A stretch of 63,289 nt of DNA, the filler included, from Parasitella parasitica NRRL 2501 (lineage: Eukaryota; Fungi; Mucoromycota): the NCBI GenBank assembly GCA_025201805.1. It is 5 parts of 5 records of this genome, joined end to end, with 100 filler letters (N's around TTAATTAATTAA, not from the genome) between each part and the next. Parts side by side here need not be neighbours in the genome. Positions count along the whole stretch, not along the records: positions 1 to 28,994 come from MU619311.1; 4 more parts are not named here. One strand, written 5' to 3'. Of this stretch, positions 1 through 11,757 are shown piece after piece (the stretch's first letter is position 1; every line of letters starts with the position of its first letter). The notes beneath the pieces are model-generated. The model was not told the origin of the DNA, made no database searches, and worked only from the letters and a program-made list of their open reading frames with translations. The position numbers and the translations under genes were made by a program.

Positions 1-107
1 TAAAGTAAGTATTTTTGATACCACAAGAATACATTTCTTCAAGATATACTATAATCAAACAGATGTGGCCGATTGAGTTGTAAGCAAAAGATAATGATAA
101 GCCTTTG

Positions 108-132
108 TTAGAGCATCTCCAACGGAGATGCT
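108..132 (+). mobile_element. Possible PIF/Harbinger (Tourist-type) terminal inverted repeat
   Basis: TTA followed by GAGCATCTCCAAC (111-123) resembles Tourist/PIF termini with a TTA/TAA target duplication. It also forms a local hairpin AGCATCTCC-aac-GGAGATGCT. No convincing partner TIR was found on this contig. Confidence 0.3.
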
Positions 133-619
133 AAACAAAAAGCCATTTAAAGCACCTTTTTTTTTTACTACCCGAAAATTTTTTGTCTGCTTTTTTGGAA
201 GTGCTAATTTGATACGAAAATTTTAGAAATTAAGCGATCTAATTCTCATAAATCATCATTTAAATGGTTGATTTCGATGGACATTTTGATATAATATTTG
301 TTCAAATTAAATAAGGGTGTGTAATATCTGAGATTATGTAATTGAGGTTTTCTGGAATAATATGATATTGATTTATCGATAAAATATATGGAGTATTTAT
401 ACTATTTGATATTCGATTAAAATAATATGTTTTGGTTATTCAGTTATATATATTTGACATGGTTAAGAAGGGTCTTGATACCAGAAAGATAATGGTAACT
501 ATCCACTGGCCTTGGTTCGCGGTTAGGGAATCGTCTTGGAACACCTCGAGGGTTACCACCAACACAAATTTCAATATAGCTTTTTCAAAAATAACGGCCA
601 AATTTGGCTTCCTGGCAAT

Positions 620-780
620 CTTACTGTGCTTCCATTCTCAATTTACTGAATTTTTGAAAAGTCCGCCCACTTTTTTGAATTATTTTGGAGACTAATTTAA
701 CCAGGTGTTTGAAGCCAGTTTGCCCAGCTTTTTGAGAATAAATTCACCACCTTTTTCAATCAAGTTGACCAATTTCTGGT
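620..780 (+). repeat. Diverged homolog of the inner part of the 1-kb inverted-repeat arm at 52618-52790
   Basis: Shares TACTGTGCTTCCA, CCGCCCACTTTTT, GAGACTAATTT and TTTGCCCA in the same order as 52618-52790. Confidence 0.65.
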
Positions 781-1357
781 CAAATCTCTAAGTGGTTATG
801 AAGGTTTTTTATTAAGGCATTTGGGGAAAATATCGATATAATGCTGGATGAAATTTTACAAGTGCTCAATTGGAACATCTTTGCTTCCTTTCATAGCCCT
901 AAAAGTAAGAGTTTCCATAATACTTGGCTTGTCTACTTTTACTCTTATCTTTAATAGATGTAATGATTTATAATATAAAACGGAAAAGCTTTTAACACAC
1001 TTTGAGATCTAAAATACGTTTGATAAATATTGGATTAGGAAGCAGTCTATTGTTCATGTATCGCATACATATTAATAAGTGGCTTTCTGTGTTGATTCAA
1101 ATGATCGCAACTTGGCACAATGAAAAAAATTCAATGTTTAACTAAATTTTTCATTCAAAAGACATGCACTAAAATATTAGGACTGTGTTATGTTGAAACA
1201 TAGTGACTATAGTCAGTGTATGCAGGTTGGATCAAATTGCTCATCCATATATTGGACTATGAAATAAATTTACATGAACCAACACAAAGTAGTAAACAGC
1301 ATATTTAAAGGGCAATGCTTAATGGCGACGTCTCATACACAAGTTGAATGATACCGA

Positions 1358-1406
1358 ACCCGCAGGGCGACGACGCCCCGAGCGTAGCGAGGATGAGGCG
1401 GCTAGT
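1358..1406 (+). mobile_element. Helitron-like 3' terminus
   Basis: GC-rich, imperfectly palindromic island (CCCGCAGGGC...CGCCCCGAGCGTAGCGAGGATGAGGCGG) in AT-rich DNA, ending in CTAG (1402-1405) followed by T. Confidence 0.5.
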
Positions 1407-1481
1407 AAAAATCATACCAAAATATGCCAGTAAAATATATGTGTAATTACTCTAAAACTTGTAATCAATGGAAGCACAGTA

Positions 1482-3169
1482 CTATTGCTTGATATCCATA
1501 ATTGGATTACAAACCCAACCGAGAATATCACTTATTTTATGCTTGTTTTCAGCTATCAATTGAATTTGTTCACAAACAAGATCTCGTAACTGTAAGAAGG
1601 AAGACAAAGTGTTAATTACTACTTGGAAATCTTCAGAACAGCGAGGAAGAAAGCACGTTCTTATCTTCACCATTGTGTATACTTTTGGTGCAACTAAATT
1701 CATTTTGTAGATCGAGCAACTGAAGCCTATTCAATGTAAATATTTAATTTTTCTTTTCTGAGTATAAACAAGAATCAGCTAGCAACTTACCATACACTAA
1801 CACACCATAAACAGCAGGATTGTTGGCGCCATGTTCAATAAATCGATTCAAAATGAGCTGCATTTCTACCGACAACTTATACAAATCATCTTTACAGGTA
1901 CTTCTTGGGCATTTAACCTCAAGTAACAAACAATCGAATCGAACCCCGTCAATCGCAGAATAAAATTTCATATCGGGTCTAAGATCTGAATCGCCTTCTA
2001 AGGGTGTAAAATGCCTTTAAAAAAGATAGTCAAATAATTCATATAGTGAGTCTATTGTTTTGGGTTTGGTAATTCCTTCTATTAAAACGCATTTACCCTG
2101 ATCTCTGTAATTTATGGCTTATAGGTAATACAGCTTTGATGAAAGGATTCAAGGCTAAATCAATAAAAAGTGACTCGTCAACAGTACCAAGATCAAATGA
2201 GTTGTCGTAATTTGTTGTCCTAATAGAGAGAGAAAAAAAAGAGAGGCTCTATTATTTATTTTTTCAAAGTGTGGCAATTCAATTACTTACAAATTAAATA
2301 AGGCTGTTGCATATACTTCTAGTTCCACATTTGTCAACTGTCCGATCGCCAAGTTTTTAGCTTCCATCGCTGTGCCGTTTGCTTTACTCTATGTTGAAAG
2401 GAGATCATAATTAGTTTTATGATGTTTTAATGATCCATCAAATACAATTACATATGCTACATAATTTACGAGCTTGGTTTCTTCATCGGAAGCTTTTCTG
2501 TAAAACTTGTTTATCTCAAAGTATTCAATCAATTTGCTTTTCATACTATTCAGATCACTGCAATAAGCGAAGCAATCATTACTTTGATTCAATAAATAAA
2601 CATGATTTAAAGCCATTTTCTCTGTGACAGCCAGCGTTTCTTCAAACAAGCTCTTTCTGTAACATTGTGATCCGAACTCAATTAAAAGTCTACTCAAGTT
2701 ATTGCCGTCTATGATCCACTACATGCAGCCAGCAAAATTAAATAAGGAACATCAGAGTTTATTTCGTTTGATTTACATACCATGGGCTCCAAAAGGTCAT
2801 TGTTATCTTGAGATGAATCCGATTCAGAAACATAGGGTGTCTGACTTGATTGGCTTTCTTGTGATGATTCTGTAGACTGTGATGGTTGGGAAGACTGGGA
2901 GTTTTCGTCTTTATTAATAGCATCTTCCTCAGCTTCTTGACGCAAGCGTTTGTTTAAGCGGGTTGTCATGACAGTTTGCGTCTGTAAAATTTCGTGTTCC
3001 ATATGTCTTTTCAATTTATTCTGTGGTAACGAAAAATAAATAAATAATAAGAGATCAAGTAGATAGACATAGCTCTTGCTGAACTTACTCTTTCCTTTTC
3101 CAAACGAAATCTATCACACAGTTCTGTACATATTTCTTTGATATCTGAATTACTTTTTTTTGGTCCCAT
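1482..3169 (-). pseudogene. Multi-exon disrupted gene with PD-(D/E)xK nuclease-like motif (Mucorales-expanded, Crinkler/REase-like)
   Basis: ATG at 3169. GT-AG introns at about 3021-3088, 2220-2290 and 1727-1790. Contains LRPDMKFY...LLLEVK...DDLYKLSVEMQ. A frameshift near 2700 and an in-frame stop at 2389 disrupt it. Confidence 0.55.
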
Positions 3170-3801
3170 TTCATAAAAAGATAGTTTAGTGCGTTATTTC
3201 GTGTACGTAGGCTAACATGCCGCAAGCTATATAAATATACTTTTTTTCATTACCTTTATTTCTCTGGCTTTAATAACGCTAAAAATCTCACAGAATCGGT
3301 TGGACCAAACTTCAAGAAACTTATCCGCTTGTAAGGGATCCTCGTGCCATTTCTCAAAAGAATCTTTATGCTGTAGAAGGAATCCACGTAAACAAGGCGA
3401 CTTTGATCTAGCAATATATTCGGAAAGTTCTAAAGAAAAGTTTAGAAAATGTAGGATAGTAAATGAGTATTATTTTTCACCTTTTTGTCCCTTATAAAAT
3501 TTAGAATTCATTTGGTTGGAAGACTTTGAAAACTTTACATGAATGAAAGGAAAAGATAAAAAATAAAACTGCGCAAATCAATCAATACGTTTCGACGTCA
3601 CCAAATTAAAATGACTGCTTTTATTACAGTTGACGTCATTGTTGCCAAGGAGTTTTTTTCATTTTTTCACGTATTCATAATTCTCTATTTGATTCGAGCA
3701 AGCAAGTCATTTAAGATAAGTGTATATGTGTTTGTACAGTGTAATATAGGGATGGTTATGTAGCTGTTGTCAATTATATTCGACATCCAGTTATAGATTA
3801 C

Positions 3802-4191
3802 CAGTGTTTGAGGCTCTTTGGAAGGCATCGTCTTCTTAAAGGGTGTACTGAGTCCTTCCTTGCGGGTGTAATGCTCTGGGCTTGGATCAGTTTCAACACT
3901 TTTTAATCCCAAGTGATGGATAGTTGGTGATGACTTATAGTTTTTCCGTGATGAGGCTCTTTGGAAGGCATCGTCTTCTTAAAGAGTGTACTGAGTCCTT
4001 CCTTGCGAGTGTAATGCTCTGGGCTTGGATCAGTTTCATCACACTCTTGCCTAGATTGATAGGCTTTTGATGTTAAGCTATTTTTCGTCAGTGTTTGAGG
4101 CCCTTTGGAAGGCATCGTCTTCTTAAAGGGTGTACTGAGTCCTTCCTTGCGGGTGTAATGCTCTGGGCTTGGATCAGTTTCAACACTTTTA
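3802..4191. repeat. Three-copy tandem repeat, ~140-bp period, near-identical ~87-100 bp cores with diverged linkers
   Basis: Cores at 3802-3905, 3952-4038 and 4089-4191 (TGAGGCTCTTTGGAAGGCATCG...GGATCAGTTTCA). The minus strand reads repeated ETDPSPEHYTRKEGLSTxFKKTMPSK. Confidence 0.95.
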
Positions 4192-5406
4192 GCCCTTTCC
4201 ATTGCGCTCTTAATTTTTAATATTTGGCCAGATTAAAACCAACTCCTTTTTTAGTATGATTCTAAAGGTCTTTGTAAACTGCCTGTTTCTTTTCCAAAAC
4301 CTCTCAAGATATTGCTTTCAATATGGCATTGGGGCCACCATTGGTTGTTATACACGTTCTTTTATACCATCTTTGAAGTAGCAATAACCATAGCAACTTA
4401 CCCAAGACTGGCGTTAACTTCAAACCCTAAAAATCACTATCAATCAACCCCTCCAATTATTTTGAAGAACTTTTAACATTAATAAAAAACACTAAGAGTC
4501 ATACAGTAAAAGTAATTACTAGTTTCTATTATAGTGCGATTATAACGGGTTGAACTGCTTATGTTCAATAACTGTGGAATGTATAAATGTAACTATTTTA
4601 TCTAATAAACAAGAGAAGAGCCTCTCGTTGTCTCTTTTTGCTACAGTTCTTTTCATATATATATATTTATCTCAAGTGTAGAATTTTATTAAACAACGAG
4701 GATATTATTTTGAAAGTAAGCATGGCTAGAAGAGGAAGTAGTAGCTGCTTTTTGCTCCTTCAAATCAGTAACTGTTGTGCTGTCGTTTTTCGAAAAACTA
4801 CATTGGGGAGGGGAGGTTTTTTATAAAAACTAGACTAGCTCAATTGCTGAAAACAGAGAATCATACAATCAAAATTGCAGATAAGTGTTACATAGTCTTG
4901 AAAATTTTATATATACACAAACTAAACAATTACTTTCTCAAGAAATAATTGTAAAGAATTAGTAGAAGACTTGCTCTGAATATGCCCAAAAAAAAAGCGT
5001 GCCTGTGATGAGATTTTTGCCGTACAACAAAGATCCAGAAAAGAAAATCCCCACAAAGAAAACAAATCGTACTGCAAACCGACCTCCGACCCAACTGAAT
5101 GAAAAACACAAGGCGTACCGGTACAAGCTTTTAAAATCCAGATATTTTTGATCACTTCAGAATGGTTGCAAAGCTATTAAACTGCAATAAAATCTAGTAA
5201 CCGCTTATTTCGATGCAAATTGAAGCTTAATTCATAATGCCAACGTTTCAATCAGTAAAAAATATAAGCTTGCTTTTCATAAACCATGCAAAAGGGGGGG
5301 GGGGATTTATTGTAAATTTCTCAATTTCTTCATAAGGATTTTGATACAAAGCAATTTAAATGCTTTAGGAGATATCTAGTGGCGATTATACCTCGAATAT
5401 GAAATT

Positions 5407-5447
5407 TTTTTTAATGAGGAGAGCCTCCAGCTCTCCTCATTAAAAAA
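5407..5447. repeat. Perfect 18-bp-stem hairpin
   Basis: TTTTTTAATGAGGAGAGC-ctcca-GCTCTCCTCATTAAAAAA. Confidence 0.9.
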
Positions 5448-5466
5448 TTAATTCTGAACTCCAGAT

Positions 5467-6046
5467 ATGGGTATAGGGCCTGTGCACGATACTGTATCTG
5501 ATTTACTCCTGAAGGTGGACCTTAGAATTTTACATGACAGAGTTCGACAAAGATACAACGTTGAAGCAGATGTTGGCGTTTTTGAGGCTTCTGAAGAGGA
5601 TCCCGGAGATGCGAAATATATTGGTGACAGATGCAAAGCTGTTATTGATAAATTCATACTTGATGGCTGTTTGATTGATTCTGTCGACTCTCTTCAAATA
5701 TGTGGTCTTGAAATCCACTTTGGTAATACCACTCTCGCTGAACCTGGACTTTATGTAGGTACCCAATTCTACACTGTAACTATCGACAAGTCGCTCAGCA
5801 ATATACCCAAATACTTTGACCTGGCTCTGTTTTCGTGATCAATGTGTTGCAATCTCGAATCAATATGAAGACTATCTGACAAGTACTCGCTCAAAGAAAA
5901 TTTCCACGAAGAGAACTATCCACGGCTTACCCAAAGATGATCTCATAACGAAACAAAGTTCAACCCGTGGATGTTGGAACCCACCTCGCACTACAAAGAC
6001 TCCACCTCCGCCTCCATCGAAAATTTTATTTGGTAATGACTCTTAA
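5467..6046 (+). pseudogene. Fragment of a Mucorales nuclease-fold-like hypothetical gene (frameshifted, 5'-truncated)
   Basis: LLKVDLRI...VGVFEA...KYIGDRCK...LQICGLE pattern. Frameshift near 5830 and a Pro-rich C-terminus. Confidence 0.45.
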
Positions 6047-7021
6047 GCCAACCATTAATTATAATAAAGAACAAGATATTCATTGCATAGTACAACAATT
6101 CCAATCAAAGTGATTATTGAAGCAGTAAAATGCTTTTAATTTCTCGTAATTACTAGCATTGCCTTCAAATTTGCGTTTTAAAATTTCCGCATTCTTAACA
6201 AAGAAACTGCAATTCATGCCGCACGCAAGCATCTTAAGTACATATAAACGCAGTTGTACCAGAAGTAAGCGTTTTATAAAGGATGTAGGTGTAAGAACTA
6301 TTCGTCATGATAAAAATACGATTGGAATACACCCGGTTTGTGATTCAGCGGTAGAACCGGTACTCGCTCAACAGTCGATAACTTCACGATGCATGATGTT
6401 ACCTTGGGGGAATGTCAACTTGTTAATGAAAGAACGTCATCTTAGGCTAGTTTACTATTTCTTTTGAAGTTGAAATCAATCATTATGCCCAAGTTATTTG
6501 CATTTATTGGGAGCTCATATGACTTAACTATAATACAGTATGGATACGATATATGGAATAGAGCATATAATTTGTAGGTTGGGTATTTATAGTATTTCTA
6601 GGAGGGATATTTATGGGAATTGGAATGCTTGTACAGTATTTATTGACGACAAAGATATTTCCCTTTGCAAAGAGCTGAAGTCACCACTGCCTATTAATGA
6701 CTCAAAACGTACTTATACAGACGCAGTTGTTCTGCTCAACTGAAAGTTTGACCAAACTAAAGCGTGACAAAGGGATCATTGGGATAGCAAGGAAACCTAA
6801 GAAAATGCTTGAAAAAAAAAAAAAAGAAATACGCTGTTGAACCTGTTTTGTGACAATTATGACGTTTCCAGGATAAATCACACACTCGCACAAGCACGCA
6901 CGCACCAACCAAGAGGTCTTCTCGCTTCTCCTATTTGTTCTGTCTGTGTGCGTCTCTTTTCTTTTCTTTTCTTTTTTCTTCTTTTTCTTTATTATACAAA
7001 AAAAAACAAAAAACAAAACGT

Positions 7022-7453
7022 ATGAACGGTTCAAAACTACCAGGTACGATACTACAAATGTTAAAACGAATATCCAGGTCCAGCATTGATGTTCCAACTT
7101 TGATAATAGCAGAGCCGCATAAAGTAACCAAAGTCTCGGCCAAAGATGGTAAAACTGACCAAGACATCCAGTTGCACTATACAAAGTACAAGGTAGCCGG
7201 TAATGGATCATTCGGCGTTGTTTACCAGGCCAAGCTGCTCCAAACGGGCGAAGATGTCGCTATCAAAAAAGTGCTGCAAGATAAAAGGTTCAAGGTATTG
7301 CTTCGTATATAATGAAAGTCTAATTAGAGGAGGAGAGGCTAATACTGTAAACTTTAGAATCGTGAGCTGCAAATAATGAGAAATATCTCCCATCGTAACG
7401 TAGTATCCTTGAAGGCCTTTTTTTATTCCCAAGGTGATCCCAAGGTAAAATTG

Positions 7454-7495
<42 letters not shown>

Positions 7496-8461
7496 CGTGT
7501 GTGCGTATGATGTCTAAATATCCAGAGCAGAAAGACGAGGTTTACCTCAATTTAGTATTGGAGTATGTGCCTGAAACTTTGTATCGCACAACAAGACATT
7601 ATGCTAAATCTAAACAGCTCATGCCGCCGCTTTATATCAAGCTGTACACATACCAAATCCTACGCTCGCTTGCTTACATTCACGCCAACGGTATTTGCCA
7701 TCGCGATATCAAACCACAAAACCTGCTCATGGATCCGGCTACTGGCACAGTAAAATTGTGTGATTTCGGAAGGTAACGTAGACATAGTATGCTCGCAATA
7801 TTTCTTATCTTGACGTAAAAATGTGTGTATGTTCGTATATACAGTGCCAAGATGCTTTTACCTAACGAACCCAATGTATCCTACATTTGCTCACGTTACT
7901 ACCGCGCCCCAGAACTCATATTTGGAGCACAAAACTACACTGTGACAATTGACATCTGGTCAGCAGGCTGTGTCATGGCTGAATTGATGTTATGTCAGCC
8001 TCTATTCCCAGGTGAGAGCGGCATTGACCAACTCGTAGAAATCATCAAAGTGTTGGGTACGCCTACAAAAGAGCAGCTGTTATCCATGAATCCCAACTAC
8101 ACAGAGCATCGATTTCCGCTAATCAAGCCACACTCTTTCTCCAAAGTATTCAAGTCGAAAACACCTCAGGATGCCATTGAGTTTGTTGCACTGCTGTTGA
8201 GATATTCGCCTGATAAAAGACCTACTGCTTATGAAGCCATGGCACAGCCCTATTTCGATGAGTTGCGTGACCCCAATGTCAAAATGCTGAACGGATCAAA
8301 GTTGCCAGAGTTGTTTGATTTTACTGATAAAGGTAGGTTGTGAGACAGTGAACGTGTGTGTAAAAGAGCGCGATATTGATCATCTTTTAGAACGTTCTTC
8401 AATGGGACAAGACCTCTTATCGAAAGTAGTTCCAAAAGACAAATCAAGCCTTGTCAATTAA
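7022..8461 (+). CDS. gsk3: Glycogen synthase kinase-3 (GSK3/shaggy/RIM11 family)
   Basis: [50 protein letters not shown] and [16 protein letters not shown] across six exons with GT-AG introns. Confidence 0.97.
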
Positions 8462-8633
8462 ATACCCTCCTTACGCCTCTACTATTACCACTATTACTAC
8501 ATATCTGTATCAGCAATTACATCTACGAATCGATGCTCTCTTATATTTCTATTCCCTTGTGAAATCGTTAATAAAGAACCAAAAAAAAAAAACTTTTTGT
8601 TTTTTTTTTTTTTATTTTATTTTAATCAAATCA

Positions 8634-10533
8634 CTACAATCTCTTGTACTTCCTCTCTGTTTCGAAAATAAGAGCTCTCCACAACTTCATTACAAAAACC
8701 GGAGCATCCTCGTCCAGAGCGCCTTCCAACTCACTCACAAGCTCGTCTGGGCCTTTTCTCTCTCGAATAAATTGCAACACAAACTTTACCAGATCGTCCT
8801 CTTCCATGCCCAGCAAATCAACAATCTTTTTGGATACGAATGGGTGCAACTTGGTGTCAATCAAGTTCTACAGAAGGTGGCGGTTATTAATGTGTGGTTT
8901 TTGTATTCATGCTATTTGCACATACCTCATTTAGTTCATCCCATTTGACAGTGTACTTCCATAGCTCTTCTTGCGAGCTAGGTATAGAGTCAATCAACTC
9001 CTTCACTCTGCGCGCTCTTTCTTCAGACGATATGGGCTCTTCGTCGTCGTAATCTGTGTTTAGTTGATCGATATCTCCATAGTCTAAAGGAACCAACACA
9101 CGACGCTTCTTTTTGGCCTCTTCGTCTTCGTCCTCGTCAGCACTGCCGAGTGTGTTTCTCTTGATGGGCATGTTGAAGTTAAGCTTGGTGGGCTTCAGTG
9201 CAATTTTGGCATCGTCTGCTCCTCTGTTGAGGAACCTGCTGTCTTTCTTGCGTCTCTCCTCTTCCTCTAACCGGACCTTTTCGTCTTGGATCTCTTGAAT
9301 CTCTCTGCGTCGGTCTTCTTCGTCGCGCTCGTCTTCTCTTCGACGCTGCGATTCTCTCATGCGCCTCCATCTCGATCTATCGTGGTAATAGGGCTCCTCT
9401 CCTTTGGCCATTTCTACGTCGTCGTCCCAGTTGGCAAGACGTTCCAGCCAGTAGGCTTTGTCTTTCATCTCTCGTTCTTCTAACTCCAACTCTCTCTTCA
9501 TGTCCTTTTTGTATTCGCGTAGTTTGTGCATTTCTCTGGACTCGAATCGCTTCTCTCGTTGGTGAAACGCATTCTCCACATCACGATCGTGTTTTTCTTT
9601 TCGTCGTTTTTCAATTTCTTCGTCCGTGGCCATGTCTTGTTGGTGCTGTGCCGCTACTGGTGGCGGCTGTGAGTGGTATTCAGTAGGTCCCTTTACGAAT
9701 CCATCGCCTCGTCTTCTTTGCGCTTGCTGGTAGTCGTTTGAAGAATCTCGGCGTCTTTCATGCGAGTGGTCTCTCTCTGCAGCACGTTCTTTGAAAAACG
9801 CTAGTTCTTTATCGATGGATTCAGCAGCGTCGCCGCTCGATGGTTGTTGGCCAGTGGTGATGGCATGGATGTATTGCTGAATCAAAGTGTATTTTTCGTT
9901 ATCTGATGCTACAATTTTAGCTTCATCTTGTTGTAACTGTTGGCGCTGATATCCCTCTAAATGTGTACGTACATTATCGTCTGCTTTAACAATCAGTTTC
10001 TTTTCAACACCACTGCCATCTTGCGCTTTCAGGGTCACGCCCTCTGTTTTTTCACCTCCCAAGACACGCAAAGCACACAACACACTGTCTGGATCGTCGT
10101 ACGTCGCAAATCCAAAGCCTTTAGGATTTCCAGACGGATCCTTGGTGCGCTTCCAATGCACTAGATTGCCGCATGTCTAGACTGCATCGTTAGTAAAGCA
10201 GGAGCAATCTGTAATTTACGTGCAAGCTTTGCTTACTTTTAACAGTGTCTCAATCCATTCATCAGAGACACCAGCCGCAATGGCACCTACAAACAGAGTG
10301 TTTAGTTTGTCCTTCTGTGCATCTCTTGGAGGTGGGCCTGCTACTTCTGGTGCTGTAGCAGACGAGAGTGCCATGGGAGGCCCGTTTGGGGGTAGCCTTT
10401 GCGGCAATGGGTTTGGTAGATAGCCACCTTGTTGAGGTGGTGGTGGTTGCTGAAAACCTATCGGTACGTGTGCGTCAGAAGCTTTTACAAGGAGCTAAAG
10501 AATAATCTTACCGTATTGATTATATGGATCCAT
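8634..10533 (-). CDS. RBM25/Snu71-like U1 snRNP-associated splicing factor (RRM, charged region, PWI domain)
   Basis: RRM (TLFVGAI...KGFGFATY), long R/E/D-rich region and C-terminal PWI (HPFVSKKIVDLLGMEE...FVMKLWRALIFE). Spliced. Confidence 0.9.
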
Positions 10534-10740
10534 GCTAGTATACCGTGATAATGCAGAAAAGAGCAACTAGCAAAAGAAAATGAGAAAAATGATACTGAAA
10601 TAGGGTCACCTCTCTTATAGTAGTTCCCAAAGCCATAAGCCACAACAGTGTTGTTTAAAGGAAAAAAAAGAAAAAAAAAACCTCTCCCAGTGAACTGATC
10701 TCTCTCTCTCTGTCTCTCTCTCACTTCCATTCAAATCAAC

Positions 10741-11757
10741 ATGGTCTTCCACATTGAACAATTCCCTGACATTGTCATTGAAGGCTTAGCATTTATCCTC
10801 GATCCTGAGGATCTTTCTCAACTGGCCCTGACATCCAAGCCATTCCACCAAATATTCACAGACAACAATCTATGGAAGAGTAAAGCCTTGCACGATTTTG
10901 GAGACCTATTCCAGATTTACACCATCCTGACAACAACTACAGGCTTCACTCTAGACGCTGCATTAACCGAAAAATTCAGCCAAACACCTAGCGACTGGCG
11001 TAAATACTACCTGCAAAAGAACAGCACAGTGAACGAGAACGACACGGCTTTAATGGACCAGGCTGACCAGGAATATGCCATTGCGCAGACACAGCTCGAG
11101 ACTTTCCAGCAAGACGGCAATATGGAAACACTGGTCCAAGTTGCCTGCAAAATGATGCACATTCTAGACGTATTCCCTGGGCATGCCGGATGCTATTATA
11201 TCTTGGGATTCATCCTGTTTGTTCTCAACAAACTGGAGGAAGCCATTATCTTGTTGGAAATGAGCAAAGCAGTAGATTCTAGTTTTGAGCCGGTCGATGG
11301 TAAGCTACATAAATCTGTGTGGGTGTGTCTGTGTGGGTGGGTGGGTGTGGATATGCATTGACGCTGAGCACACTATATAGTTTTAGAAGAAGAAATCGAA
11401 CGAATTGCGCAGGGATACAAAGGAGAAGAGGAGCTCTTGCAAGATAACCAACTGTCAGAGACACTGCAACAAGTTCTTGAGGAAGTATTCAACAAATTTG
11501 ATGCTGACCAGGACGGTGCGCTCAATGCCAAAGAATTAGATGCATTTATTTTCACCACAAACGGCGCACATCCACCACCAGCGTTTCTACGCCAGATGGG
11601 CTTACGATTTGGAGGCAACAGCAAGGGATGGTTAACAAAGGAAGGATTTTTAGGATTTTATTTAGAACAGACATTAGACGATCCGTCCGAGACTAGAAAT
11701 GACCTGGGTGTTCATGGTTACGACCCCCAGACGTTGAAATTAAAGATGCACGATTAA
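10741..11757 (+). CDS. F-box-like / TPR-like / EF-hand protein
   Basis: N-terminal F-box-like [26 protein letters not shown]...LWK, TPR-like [20 protein letters not shown], and EF-hand [17 protein letters not shown]. One intron at about 11299-11380. Confidence 0.85.

Noticed and set aside
3802-4191. CRISPR-like repeat-spacer array
   Set aside because: Repeats of about 90-100 bp are too long, the spacers are diverged homologs of one another, no cas genes are present, and the host is eukaryotic.
6540-6790. LINE ORF1-like fragment (GGIFMGIG)
   Set aside because: Only one short motif, with no zinc knuckle or reverse transcriptase nearby. Too weak to call.
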